Shown: positions 1-10,621, numbered from the whole stretch's first letter. The stretch: DNA of 62,540 bases, filler included, from 6 parts of 6 records of this genome joined end to end with filler, not necessarily neighbours in it, one strand, 5' to 3'. The notes: generated from the letters alone by a model not told the origin. Numbers and translations are program-made.

Positions 1-708
1 GATCATGGCATTTTTAAGCACGTGCTTAAACAAGATGACTCTCTCAGAAAGACCCTTGGCACGAGCAGTTCTAATATAATCTTGGTAAATTTCATCCAAC
101 ATAATTGTTCTATAAAAGCGAACATCCGGACCAACTGAGAGCATTACCCAAATGATTGCCGGCAAAAGTATGTACGGAATGAAATAAGGAAATCCATAGT
201 CGTAACCGGAGATTTCAAACCAGCCGAGCTTATAGGCAAAAAACCATTGTCCAAATAAAATGTAAGCAAGACTTGAAACAGACATTAAAGTCACGCATCC
301 AACTACTGTCACTTTATCGAAAACTGAGCCACGATAAAAAGCAACTAATAGAGAAATTGAAATGCCTAGAATGGTTGAGACAAAGAATGCTGGAAATGAA
401 AGTGTCGCAGAAGGGATTGCTCCTGCTTTAATCATCTCGCTGATTTCTTGTTTTGTTGACCATGATCTGCCGAAATCAAATGTAAAAGCACTACGAACAA
501 TATCGAAATACTGAGACAACATTGGCTTATTAAGACCTAGTTGCTGACGTATTTCGACCACTTGTTCAGCTGTAGCGTGTTTTCCCAAAATAATCAAAGC
601 TGGATCAGGGGCAACAACGTTAAAAATTAAAAAGATAATTGCACAGACTCCTAAAATCACCGGAATGACATAGAGAAGTCTGCGAAAGATATAAGCGTAA
701 ATATTCAC
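1..708 (-). CDS. oppB: Peptide ABC transporter permease (OppB/DppB), truncated at window edge
   Basis: Manual translation from GTG at 708: MNIYAYIFRRLLYVIPVILGV...DYIRTARAKGLSERVILFKHVLKNAMI (EAA-loop motif); follows oppA. Confidence 0.9.
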   Translation of the reverse strand, partial: MNIYAYIFRRLLYVIPVILGVCAIIFLIFNVVAPDPALIILGKHATAEQVVEIRQQLGLNKPMLSQYFDIVRSAFTFDFGRSWSTKQEISEMIKAGAIPSATLSFPAFFVSTILGISISLLVAFYRGSVFDKVTVVGCVTLMSVSSLAYILFGQWFFAYKLGWFEISGYDYGFPYFIPYILLPAIIWVMLSVGPDVRFYRTIMLDEIYQDYIRTARAKGLSERVILFKHVLKNAMI

Positions 709-717
709 GTTAACTCG

Positions 718-2490
718 TTATAGTTTTTCTAAAGCTACTTTTTTAGCTTCAACATCCACATCTAGATACTGTTCAGTACCTGCTTCAAAGTCAGTAATAA
801 TATAGTTTTTAAGCCATGAGTGCTTAAGAACATAGTTCTGACGGTGAACACCGAAAATCCATGGCATCTCTTCAGCTGCCATACGAGTCATCTTCTCATA
901 AAGAGCTGTTCTTTCTGGAGTGTCTTGCATTACAGAAGCAGACTCATAAAGACGATTGAATGCTGGATTATTGTAACCAGATCCGTTTGCACCTGGAACT
1001 TTATTTGGTCCATAAAGAAGTTGTAGGAAGTTTTCTGCATCTGGGTAATCTGCACCCCAAGCAATACTCCAAATTTCAACTTGTCTTGTATCAATTTTCT
1101 TTTGAAGTTCTGGCCAAGTATTTTGAACAACTCTGATCTTCACACCAATTTTTGCAAATTGTTGCTTTGTGTACTCACCAATTTGGCGAGAAACTGTTGA
1201 AGAAGGACAGTCATAAGTTAACTCTTTAAGTCCTTTGCCTTCTGGGTAACCAGCTTCTGCTAAAAGTTTTTTCGCTTGTGCGATTTCTTCATCTTTACCG
1301 TGTCCACGATAAGAATTTTTAAAATCTTTTTCGTAACCAGCGATTCCCGGAGGAACTAGTGATTGAGCAGGAAGAGCGCGGTTGTTGTAGAAAAGTTTGT
1401 TAGCAGTATCTACATCATAAGAAAGTGAAAGTGCCTGACGAAGCTTTTTGTTCTTTAAAAGCTCTAGGTCAAGATTGAAAGCAGTATAAGTTGTATCAAG
1501 TGAAGGTTGGATCAATAGATCGATACCTTTTGAAGACAAGTCTGTAGCAAGTTCATTTGAAGGAGTTACGGCCGCATCAAAGTTATCTTTTGGAATACCA
1601 ATGAAGTCGAGATTACCTTTTTGGAAGTTTAACCATCTTGGCTGATCTTCTTTAATGATGCTTACAACAACTTTCTCTACTAGTGGAAGTTTCTTTCCAC
1701 AGTATTCCTTAGCAAGTGCTTCGAATTCTTCAGTCGCATCACATGGGAAAGTCTTTTCACGGTATGTTGGGTTTTTAACATATTCAATTCTATTTGTTTG
1801 TTTAAACTCTGGAAGAATGAATGGACCAGTTCCAACAGGATGATTCAAAAATTCTTTGCCATAAAACTCAACAGCTTCTTTTGCTACAGCAGAAGTAAAC
1901 GTCATCGCTAAAGAATATAGGAACTGTGGAAAAGGCTTAACAAGTGTAAATTGAAGAGTGTGGCTATCTAGGGCTTTAACACCATCAATAACTTCATCAT
2001 AATTTACTGTTTCAGCTTTCGTATTTTTCTCTCTCCACTCATTGAGACCTTTAAGCTTACCATCGATTGTCCACCAACCAAGACCTTGAAGTTTTGGATC
2101 AGCTAGACGCTTAATTGAGTAAACAAAATCTTCTGCAACAAGTTCACGACCTTTTCCGCCTGGGAAAGCTTTATCGTCTTGGAACTTAACACCTTTTTTA
2201 ATTTTGAAAGTATAAGTTAAACCGTTGTTGCTAACTTCAGGCATCGCCTCAGCAAGGTTTGGAGACAATTGATAAGGACGTCTTAAATAATGATACTCGA
2301 GTAAACTTTCGTAAACGCGAGCTGTTTCATTTGAAGAGTAGCGATCGTTTGAATAGATAGGATCCATTCCTTTAACTTCACTTCCAACAACAAGGTTTAA
2401 AACCTTTTCATTTGAAACTTCTTTTTTTGTACATGAAATCATCGAAAACGAAGCAACGATGAGCACTGATAATAAAGCAAACTTATTCAT
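718..2490 (-). CDS. oppA: Peptide ABC transporter substrate-binding lipoprotein (OppA/DppA, SBP family 5)
   Basis: Lipobox MISC; LAEAMPEVS..GLTYTFKIKKGVKF and GTGPF motifs; start placed at MNKFALL. Confidence 0.9.
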   Translation of the reverse strand: MNKFALLSVLIVASFSMISCTKKEVSNEKVLNLVVGSEVKGMDPIYSNDRYSSNETARVYESLLEYHYLRRPYQLSPNLAEAMPEVSNNGLTYTFKIKKGVKFQDDKAFPGGKGRELVAEDFVYSIKRLADPKLQGLGWWTIDGKLKGLNEWREKNTKAETVNYDEVIDGVKALDSHTLQFTLVKPFPQFLYSLAMTFTSAVAKEAVEFYGKEFLNHPVGTGPFILPEFKQTNRIEYVKNPTYREKTFPCDATEEFEALAKEYCGKKLPLVEKVVVSIIKEDQPRWLNFQKGNLDFIGIPKDNFDAAVTPSNELATDLSSKGIDLLIQPSLDTTYTAFNLDLELLKNKKLRQALSLSYDVDTANKLFYNNRALPAQSLVPPGIAGYEKDFKNSYRGHGKDEEIAQAKKLLAEAGYPEGKGLKELTYDCPSSTVSRQIGEYTKQQFAKIGVKIRVVQNTWPELQKKIDTRQVEIWSIAWGADYPDAENFLQLLYGPNKVPGANGSGYNNPAFNRLYESASVMQDTPERTALYEKMTRMAAEEMPWIFGVHRQNYVLKHSWLKNYIITDFEAGTEQYLDVDVEAKKVALEKL

Positions 2491-2591
2491 ATGAACCGTC
2501 CTTAATAAATACACCAAAATACTTTTAAGCGATTGTAATGATGCTTTATATATAAATTTGTGCGTGATTTCTACTTCTTTAGAGATAAGTG

Positions 2592-3071
2592 CTAACGCTC
2601 AGCAAGATTCCGACATTCATTTGTGAAAAGTTCGAGCTTCGCTTCGAGATTTGTAACGCTATTTTTATAATTTAGAGTTTGTCTGGAAAAATAACTGTCA
2701 TTATTAAAAGCATGCAGTGTCAAAGTGACACTCTCATTTTCACCTAACGCAGTGGCCAAGATTAATTGATCATTATCATGACGAACTTCAGCATTTGGTA
2801 ATTTGTTTTGATTTCTCGCGATAATCCACTCACGCCAGCCTAATAAGAATTTTTTTACAGATTCAGAGTTTTTGATTCGGTTATAAAAATTCCCAGTAAT
2901 TTTTTTCTCTTTAAGCGAGATATTTAAAATCTCTTCTCCGTAAATAGGAAGATCGAGTGAGACGGTAAAGTTATTTTTTTCAAATTTCAGCGTTGAGTAA
3001 TAATCAAAGACATGTTTTTCACGTCCTATTTCAATTCTGCCTTTTCCTGAACTTTCAAGGCACCAACCCAT
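2592..3071 (-). CDS. Hypothetical protein, possibly a LolB-like lipoprotein; true start may lie upstream
   Basis: 159-aa ORF; frame stays open upstream through a lipobox-like VILFLGGC overlapping the TPR gene end. Confidence 0.55.
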   Translation of the reverse strand: MGWCLESSGKGRIEIGREKHVFDYYSTLKFEKNNFTVSLDLPIYGEEILNISLKEKKITGNFYNRIKNSESVKKFLLGWREWIIARNQNKLPNAEVRHDNDQLILATALGENESVTLTLHAFNNDSYFSRQTLNYKNSVTNLEAKLELFTNECRNLAER

Positions 3072-3139
3072 AAAGGCTTTTTCATTATTGGAGTTTATCG
3101 TGGCGGTGCTAAAGAGTGAGCAACCGCCGAGAAATAAAA

Positions 3140-4996
3140 TTACTGTTTGGAGGCAGGCAAGCGCACCGACTCTAAGTCTTGCAGTGCTTTGATCACTTCG
3201 TCTTTGTCTGTTTTGACTTTGCTTAATTTTAAAGCCTCCACATAATATTTTTTAGCCATATCAAAAGACTCTAGCTCTTTATAAACAATGGCTAAGTGTT
3301 TTGTAATGACTGGATCGTCAGAAACCAGTTTTACAGCTTTATGAAGTTCTGCCAAAGCTTTTTCAAGTTTTCCGGTTTTAAAATAATACCAACCTAACGA
3401 ATCACGAATATATCCGTCTTTTGGAGAAATTTCGATGGCTTTTTTAATCAAGCTATAAGCACGATCCATATCTTTACCTTGCTCAAGTAAAGTATAGCCA
3501 ATGAAGTTAAGCGCGTGAGGATCCTTTGGATCTTTAACTAGCATCTTTTCAACCAGGCTAATGGCTTCTTCGTGGCGCTTAGCGCGATCTAATAGTGAAG
3601 CTAGATACAACTCATGCGTTTTATCGAAACCAGTTCCATTTTGAACAGTAACTAAAGCATCAATAGCATTATCAACATTTCCTAGAGTTTCGTAAAAACT
3701 CGCTAAAACGAGATGCATACCGACAGTCACTTCGCTATGGCTTGCACTATATTCATTAATTTGTTTTTTTAAATCTTTTTCAGGCTCTGGCTTGCCTTGT
3801 GCTGCGTTTGTTAAGGCCACAACATTTAAGATTTGAGTAACCTGAAGAGCGCTTTCATGAAATAATGCTGAGTCAGATGGTATCTTTTGAAATGTTGCCA
3901 TCGCATCTTCAAGACGATCTGTGTCCTTATATAAAGACCCTAGATAAAAAAGGACTTTATCCGAATCAGGAATCGCTACCAAGATCTCTTTAAAAGCACC
4001 AATGGCTTCATCAAGCTTTCCAGCATCAGTATAAAGAATACCAAGTCTAACTTTTAAATTTAAGTTATCTGGGTCTAGACTTGAAAGGCGTTCAGCAAAC
4101 GGAAGAACATCTTTATATCTAGATGTTGCAAACATCACCTGAACAATTCTCGAGAGTACTTGATAGTTGGAAGGTTTCATTTTTAAAAAAGACTTATAAG
4201 TTGCTATCGCATCATCATACTTTTCAAGTTCTTCATAACGAACACCAACAGCGATCGCTGCTTGGTAAAAACTTGGCTGAATTTTCAAGGCTTTCTTGAA
4301 ATAAACCATCGCGTCTTTGTTCTTCTTTTCGTCTTGAGCAATTTTACCTAAATAAAAAGTGAACACTGCATTTTTTGGATTAGCTTTTTGACAGTTATTT
4401 AAAAGAGACTTGGCCTTAACAGGTTCTTTATCTACCGCATGAGCTTTGGCCAAGAACAAACAAGCTTCTTCACTTTTTTTGTTTGCAGCTAAAACATCGC
4501 GATAAGCTTTCTTAGCTAAATCTGGTTTTTCTAATGCAGTATAAATACCACCTAGAACTAAACCCAGTGCATCTTCTTTTCCTTTAGAGTTCTCAAAAAG
4601 GAATTTTAAATGCGGCTCTGCTTCTGCTAATTGACCAGAACGAATCAACTCAACAGCATAACGCTTTTGCACATAGAGATCTTTAGGATTCATAGCAAAG
4701 ACTTGCTTTAAAAGCATTGAAGCAGTGTGTGGATCATCTCTTAAGGCTGCATCATTCGCTTTTAAGAATAAGTCGCTCGACAGAAATTCTATCGCCTTGG
4801 GTCCTGCTTTAACTGCTTGGTCGGTCATATCACTTAGTTGCTTTTCAACTAAAGCCTTTAAAGCTTTTTCATCGACAGGCTTAACCTCTTTACTACTAAC
4901 TACACTTTGATTCTTTTCATTCGTATGTGAGCAACCAATTAATGCTGTACCCATCACGATCAAAGTTAAGATAGAATTGAGTTTTAAGTTTTTCAT
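3140..4996 (-). CDS. Tetratricopeptide-repeat lipoprotein
   Basis: Lipobox LIGC; many TPR helices; C-terminal ALNFIGYTLL...YIRDSLGWYYFK motif. Confidence 0.88.
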   Translation of the reverse strand: MKNLKLNSILTLIVMGTALIGCSHTNEKNQSVVSSKEVKPVDEKALKALVEKQLSDMTDQAVKAGPKAIEFLSSDLFLKANDAALRDDPHTASMLLKQVFAMNPKDLYVQKRYAVELIRSGQLAEAEPHLKFLFENSKGKEDALGLVLGGIYTALEKPDLAKKAYRDVLAANKKSEEACLFLAKAHAVDKEPVKAKSLLNNCQKANPKNAVFTFYLGKIAQDEKKNKDAMVYFKKALKIQPSFYQAAIAVGVRYEELEKYDDAIATYKSFLKMKPSNYQVLSRIVQVMFATSRYKDVLPFAERLSSLDPDNLNLKVRLGILYTDAGKLDEAIGAFKEILVAIPDSDKVLFYLGSLYKDTDRLEDAMATFQKIPSDSALFHESALQVTQILNVVALTNAAQGKPEPEKDLKKQINEYSASHSEVTVGMHLVLASFYETLGNVDNAIDALVTVQNGTGFDKTHELYLASLLDRAKRHEEAISLVEKMLVKDPKDPHALNFIGYTLLEQGKDMDRAYSLIKKAIEISPKDGYIRDSLGWYYFKTGKLEKALAELHKAVKLVSDDPVITKHLAIVYKELESFDMAKKYYVEALKLSKVKTDKDEVIKALQDLESVRLPASKQ

Positions 4997-5512
4997 CAGC
5001 GATCATCCTCAGGTTAGAGAGCTTGCGCTTCTCTCCTATCTCATCGACGCCAAAGGTCTAAAAATTAGAAAACCTAGGTTTCATCGCCTTTTTTATGAAA
5101 AGCGGCATCAATTTCCTTAAATTTATTATAACTTTGACGCCGTGCTCAGCTATTATTTCGACTTAAAAGTCTGACTTTTACGAGATATTAGCTATTTAAG
5201 AATGACTCTTATGGCCGATTTTCTTGACACAGGCCTAGCAAGCTTGCTACTTACGTTATCGACGAGGAGCAATGCAAATCAATCTGTTGATGCGCATCTC
5301 ATTATGTAGACGTAAGTCTTTGTTATTACATCGATAGCTGCTAGGGTTAAATAAAACTAACGCAAAGCAGGGAAAAAACTACACTAGATGTTAACAAAAC
5401 GACGGATTCTATGTATAACGCCCTCGGCTGCATTAAAAAGCTAATTAATTTGTTCTGAAACTGAAACAAGAAAGCTAAACGTTAGATAACTTTCTTCAAA
5501 TAGGGGAAAACG

Positions 5513-5899
5513 ATGACTGAAGTACGTATTATCAAGCGCTACCAAAACCGCAAGCTCTATGACACTCATCAGAGTTGCTACGTGACACTAGAGGAAATCG
5601 CTCAGATTATCCGCGAAGGTCATGAAATCCAAGTGATCGACAATAAGACGAAAAACGACATCACTTATCAAACTCAATTGCAACTTCTTGCAGACCAAGA
5701 GCGTAAAGCCCTTAATGCAAAAGACGTTGAGCTTCTTAAGCGTGTTATTCGTTCTGACGACGGCACTTTCACTGGCTACATTAAAGCCCTTGAAAACAAA
5801 GTTGGTGGAGAGCTTGCTACTCCTAAGACTGAAGAGTTCAAGCCATTTATGGCAACTGAATTGAACGCTTCTGTTGAAACACCTGCTACTTTGAACTAA
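5513..5899 (+). CDS. PhaR-like (PHA synthesis regulator) DNA-binding domain protein
   Basis: IIKRYQNRKLYDT..SCYVTLEEIAQIIREG..IQVIDNKT..DIT signature. Confidence 0.88.
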   Translation: MTEVRIIKRYQNRKLYDTHQSCYVTLEEIAQIIREGHEIQVIDNKTKNDITYQTQLQLLADQERKALNAKDVELLKRVIRSDDGTFTGYIKALENKVGGELATPKTEEFKPFMATELNASVETPATLN

Positions 5900-5905
5900 A
5901 ATCTA

Positions 5906-5928
5906 GGGGTTCTAAACAATTGAACCCC
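5906..5928 (+). terminator. Hairpin after PhaR-like gene
   Basis: GGGGTTC-taaacaatt-GAACCCC inverted repeat; T tract a few nt later. Confidence 0.5.
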
Positions 5929-5939
5929 AAGGTTTTATT

Positions 5940-6614
5940 TTGAAAATTGCAAATAAAAGTTTTTTACAAATCCCTTTAAAACTCTGTTTTTTAGGGATTT
6001 TTTTTATTGGATCAACTCAAGCTCAAACGAAAATTGAGAAATTAACTTCAACGGATAAACCTGTTGTCGACTCAACTTCTAAATCGAGCTCTTCTTCATC
6101 AACTCCGAGTGGGATGTTGCAAAGACATTCTGTTGGAATTGGTCTTGGTCAAACATTTCTTCTAGATGATCTTGAAGACAACGGTGAAAATAAAATCACA
6201 GTTGATGGATTTTATAATTACAGTGCTAGTCATTCATTTGATCTGCTAGTGAATATGCATATTTCAAAACATAAATTTCGTGGCAGAAGTGCAACCATAA
6301 GAGGTTTTGCTCCTGGGATTAAGGCCAAGCTTTATCAGTTTGATAATTTTTCTCCGTATGTCCTTGGCGGTCTTGGTCTTTATGCTCCAAAACTTCATCG
6401 TGTGATAAATTCAACTGGTGAGATTCAACAGACTGAGACTAAAGTTGCTTTCGGCTATCATTTCGGTGCGGGTGCAGACTTAACTCTTAATAATAATGTC
6501 TCTGTTGGTTTACTTTTTCACTTACATAATCCATTTGACCTTAAACAGGATGTTGGGCAAGAAGTTGAGGCAGCTTATTACAAGTTAATGATGCTCGCCT
6601 TTTACGTTTTCTAG
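5940..6614 (+). CDS. Outer-membrane beta-barrel protein
   Basis: Signal peptide, Ser-rich linker, amphipathic strands (FSPYVLGGLG, FGYHFGAGAD), terminal Phe. Confidence 0.75.
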   Translation: MKIANKSFLQIPLKLCFLGIFFIGSTQAQTKIEKLTSTDKPVVDSTSKSSSSSSTPSGMLQRHSVGIGLGQTFLLDDLEDNGENKITVDGFYNYSASHSFDLLVNMHISKHKFRGRSATIRGFAPGIKAKLYQFDNFSPYVLGGLGLYAPKLHRVINSTGEIQQTETKVAFGYHFGAGADLTLNNNVSVGLLFHLHNPFDLKQDVGQEVEAAYYKLMMLAFYVF

Positions 6615-6616
6615 AA

Positions 6617-7411
6617 ATGACAGCTCGACTCCTTGTCTTCACAGGCAAGGGCGGTGTGGGAAAGACCACTCTCGCCCTAGCAACCTGTGAAGCACTTCAA
6701 AAACAAGGTAAAAACGTTTTTTATAATTCGTTTCACGTCGATCATCCTAAAGAAGTTGAAAGTTTAAACCTAGATTACTTTGATCTTGATCTCGAAGTGA
6801 GTGCAACAGAATATATGGGGCGAAAGCTTCATTCAGAAACTGTCGCTCATTGGATAATGAAAACACCATTTTTTAAAGCCCTCTTTGGAATGATGCCTGG
6901 CCTGGGGCAAATGATTTTACTAGGCCATGTATTAGATCGTTTAGAAAAAGATCCTGATCTTTATATCGTTTTGGATTCACCTGCTTCAGGTCACACCCTT
7001 TCGATGTTTGAGTCGACTCATAACTTTCACGAGATGTTTCAAACAGGAATTTTAGCTGACGATATCAAAAAAATGCATCGTCTTTTATCTGATCCTACAT
7101 TTTTAGAGATTCAAGTTGTCTCACTACCTACTGAAATGGCAATTCAAGAAGCTAATGAACTTTCAGCTCAACTGGTTGAACTTGGCCTCAATAAACCAAA
7201 GCACTGGCTCAACTCCTCAATGCTTGAAAATGAGCAAATTAAAGAATCCACTCATGATCAACTTCCAGAGTTTCTAAGAATAAAAACTGAATTAGAGACT
7301 GAACTTAGAAAAGAGTACCAATTTCATTCCATTATTCCCTATATCGCTTCCTCTCAGTTTGAACAAATTGTTCAAATGATAACTCCTACAATGAGTGGGA
7401 GCTTAGAATGA
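6617..7411 (+). CDS. ArsA/GET3-family ATPase, first of a tandem pair
   Basis: Deviant Walker A GKGGVGKTT; VLDSPASGH switch II. Confidence 0.85.
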   Translation: MTARLLVFTGKGGVGKTTLALATCEALQKQGKNVFYNSFHVDHPKEVESLNLDYFDLDLEVSATEYMGRKLHSETVAHWIMKTPFFKALFGMMPGLGQMILLGHVLDRLEKDPDLYIVLDSPASGHTLSMFESTHNFHEMFQTGILADDIKKMHRLLSDPTFLEIQVVSLPTEMAIQEANELSAQLVELGLNKPKHWLNSSMLENEQIKESTHDQLPEFLRIKTELETELRKEYQFHSIIPYIASSQFEQIVQMITPTMSGSLE

Positions 7412-8445
7412 AGATTGACTACAAAAAGCTTGAAATTTTTTGTGGCACAGGTGGAGTTGGTAAAACAACATTAGCTGCAGCCAGGGCCATCCAGTTAGCC
7501 AATCAAGGAAGAAGTGTTCTTTTGATCACAATTGATCCGGCCAAAAGGCTGAAACAAGTCATGGGTATTGATAATCAAAAAGAAGGTGAGCTCTCTAAAG
7601 TTTCCTTAGAAAATTTTAATTTTTCTAAAGATAAATCGCTAGATGTAATTTTAATGAATCCTGCTGCCACCTTAAAAAGAGTTGCTATAAAAAAAGGGAA
7701 TCCAGAGTCATTAGATAATCCAATCGTAAAAATTTTAACCAGACCTTACGGTGGTATGAATGAAATTATGGCGATCATCGAATTACAATTTCAACTCGAA
7801 ACCAATCAATATGAACATATTATTTTAGACACACCTCCTGGTAAGCACTTTATTGATTTTCTTCAAGCAAGTTCAAAAATTAATGCCTTTTTTGATAATT
7901 CTTTTATTGAGCTCTTTAAATTGTTTGGTCCGAAAAAAGAAAAGAGCGCTGGCTTATTTAAGCGACTTATTTCTTCAGGCGTAAAAAAACTTTTATCCTA
8001 TCTTGAAAAGGTCACAGGACAAGGCTTTGTAGAAGACTTTATTGATGCTGTGGCAGGTATCTATCAAAACAAAGATGTATTTTTGTCGGCCCTCGCCTTT
8101 GAAAAAGATCTTAAACGAAAAGAGTTTTGTAATTGGTTCTTAATTACCTCCCAAGATCAGGTCAAAGAGCAGGACGCGCTTGATCTTAAAAATAGTGCCG
8201 GAAAGTTAATGCATGACGACAATTTTCTAATCATAAACCGCTCTTTGAGCCAAGCCCTTGAAGCGTGGCAGACAAAACCTAACGAGCCTTTAAACAAGCT
8301 AAAGCTCGCTATGCTCGAGAGGGAAAATAGGCTAAAAGGGATGGAAAATAAGCGCTTTAAGGATGTAATAGAATTCCCTGAAGTGACACCTACATTGCCA
8401 GCGATGCAAGTCGCTCACTTGGTAAATAATTGGGACGCTTTATGA
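7408..8445 (+). CDS. ArsA/GET3-family ATPase, second of a tandem pair
   Basis: GTGGVGKTT, TIDPAKRL, ILDTPP motifs; ATGA overlap with previous gene. Confidence 0.85.
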   Translation: MKIDYKKLEIFCGTGGVGKTTLAAARAIQLANQGRSVLLITIDPAKRLKQVMGIDNQKEGELSKVSLENFNFSKDKSLDVILMNPAATLKRVAIKKGNPESLDNPIVKILTRPYGGMNEIMAIIELQFQLETNQYEHIILDTPPGKHFIDFLQASSKINAFFDNSFIELFKLFGPKKEKSAGLFKRLISSGVKKLLSYLEKVTGQGFVEDFIDAVAGIYQNKDVFLSALAFEKDLKRKEFCNWFLITSQDQVKEQDALDLKNSAGKLMHDDNFLIINRSLSQALEAWQTKPNEPLNKLKLAMLERENRLKGMENKRFKDVIEFPEVTPTLPAMQVAHLVNNWDAL

Positions 8446-9650
8446 TTAACACAAAACAAGCCTTTGAAGAACTGATTACAACCCAATGGAATGCCGTTAA
8501 CGCTTGGATCGATGATCAAATGGCTCAATATCCAGTTCCAATTTATTCAAGTGTTGATATTAGGGAAAGCAAAGATAAATTTGCTCCAGTTGATCACAAT
8601 ATGTATCCGGCTGGTTTCAATAATGTTTGTGCCTTAGATCAAGACGCATGTTCTGTAGCGTTTGAAAAAACAATCAATCGTTTAGTTCCTGGAGCAAAGT
8701 CAATTGCGATTTTGCCTGAAAGCAATACAAAGAATTTATTCTATCTGGATCATTTGGCAATTCTTGGAAAAATCATTCGCGACAGCGGATTAGAAGTTAG
8801 CTTTATTTCTTTTGATGAAACCATTTTTAATGGTGAAGAAAAACTAAACCTTTTATCACATTCTAAATTCGATCTTCAAATTGAAAAAGCTCAGATTAGT
8901 GATGGTCTTATCAAAGTTAATGACAAAAACTTTGACATGGTCATCCTCAATAACGATCAATCAAAGCTCATTGAAATCGACTGGTCTTCAGTTAAGACAC
9001 CTGTTATGCCAACTCCAATGATTGGTTGGTTTAAAAGACAAAAAGTCAGACATTTTAGATTCTACAAAGAAGTTGTCGATAATTTCTCTAAACAATTTAA
9101 TGTAGATCCGAATCTACTTATGGCCGACTTTACCTGTGTTGATGGTGTTGATTTCGGTTCAAAAGAAGGTCTTGATAAGCTTGCGGCCGCTGTCGATAAA
9201 GTAAAAAGTCGAATTTCAAACAAAGACGCTAAAATTTTTGTTAAAGGAAGTCAGGGCACTTACGGTATGGGCATTATGGTTGTTGATTCTGGTGAAGAAG
9301 TTATCAACATGAATCGCAAAGCACGTAATAAAATGGACATTGGTAAAAATAGTATCAAGTTCACCACTCTTTTAGTGCAAGAAGGTGTTGAGACGATCAT
9401 TAAGTACGACGAGATGCCAGCCGAAGTTACAATCTACTTAGTAGACGGAAAAGGGCTTGGCGGATTCATGCGTGCCAATGGTGAAAAAGATTCGCAGGCT
9501 AATCTTAATAGTCGCGGTATGGTTTTTAAAAAATACTGCATAAGTGAAATTAGAGAGAATCAAGATCATAAATGTAAAGAAGCTGTTTATTCAGTTGTAG
9601 CTCGTCTTGCAACTCTGGCAGCTGGTTATGAAATTAAGGAAGTCTTATGA
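8442..9650 (+). CDS. gshA: Glutamate-cysteine ligase, ATP-grasp-type GshA
   Basis: PIYSSVDIRES..KFAPVDHNMYPAGFNN and KGSQGTYGMGIM motifs; ATG at 8442 overlaps upstream TGA. Confidence 0.82.
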   Translation: MINTKQAFEELITTQWNAVNAWIDDQMAQYPVPIYSSVDIRESKDKFAPVDHNMYPAGFNNVCALDQDACSVAFEKTINRLVPGAKSIAILPESNTKNLFYLDHLAILGKIIRDSGLEVSFISFDETIFNGEEKLNLLSHSKFDLQIEKAQISDGLIKVNDKNFDMVILNNDQSKLIEIDWSSVKTPVMPTPMIGWFKRQKVRHFRFYKEVVDNFSKQFNVDPNLLMADFTCVDGVDFGSKEGLDKLAAAVDKVKSRISNKDAKIFVKGSQGTYGMGIMVVDSGEEVINMNRKARNKMDIGKNSIKFTTLLVQEGVETIIKYDEMPAEVTIYLVDGKGLGGFMRANGEKDSQANLNSRGMVFKKYCISEIRENQDHKCKEAVYSVVARLATLAAGYEIKEVL

Positions 9651-10520
9651 TGAAAGGTACTAGACCAAATATTCTTGAAGCCATTGGTGGAACTCCAATT
9701 GTTAAGCTCAACAAAGTCGCTAGCGAAGTTGAAAGCGAAATTTACGTTAAGCTTGAGTATATGAATCCAGGCGGGTCAACCAAAGATCGCATTGGTGCTT
9801 ATATGCTTGATCAGGCGGTTAAAGAGGGAACTCTAAAGCCTGGTGGAACGATCATCGAAGGTACTTCTGGTAACACTGGTGTTGGCTTGGCAATGTGGGC
9901 AGCTGTTCACGGTTACAAGTGTATTTTTGTGATGGCGGACAAGCAGTCACAGGAGAAAATCAGCAATCTAAAAGCTTTTGGCGCTAAAGTCGTCGTATGT
10001 CCAACCAACGTAGAGCCAGATGACCCTAGAAGCTATTACAGCGTCTCTAAGCGCCTCTCGGCCACTATTCCTAACTCATTCTACGTCAATCAGTACGATA
10101 ACTTACATAACCGCGACACTCACTACACGTGGACTGCTCCAGAGATGTATGAACAAACTGGTGGTGAGTTTGACACTTTTATGGCGACTGTTGGGACTGG
10201 CGGAACTATTTCCGGTTGTGGTCGTTTCTTTAAAGAGAAAATGCCAAATGTAAAAATCATTGGCATCGACTGTGAAGGTTCAATCGTTGCTGAGTTTGCA
10301 AAGACAGGAAAGATGGGACAAGCCAGACCTTATGTTCTGGAAGGCGTTGGCGAAGACTTTATTCCTGAAAACTATGACTTTAAAAATATTGATGACTGGA
10401 TTGTTATTGGCGACAAAGAAAGCTTCTTGATGACAAGAAAGCTCTTAAAGCATGAAGGTATTTATGCTGGTGGTTCTGCAGGAGCGGCGATCGTCGGTGC
10501 AATTAAATATGCTAAGACTT
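9647..10520 (+). CDS. Cysteine synthase / cystathionine beta-synthase family PLP enzyme, truncated at contig end
   Basis: KLEYMNPGGSTKDR, EGTSGNTG and GTGGTISG motifs. Confidence 0.9.
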
Positions 10521-10620
10521 NNNNNNNNNNNNNNNNNNNNNNNNNNNNNNNNNNNNNNNNNNNNTTAATTAATTAANNNNNNNNNNNNNNNNNNNNNNNN
10601 NNNNNNNNNNNNNNNNNNNN
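10521..10620. other. Artificial contig spacer
   Basis: N44-TTAATTAATTAA-N44, stops in all six frames. Confidence 0.99.
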
Positions 10621-10621
10621 T

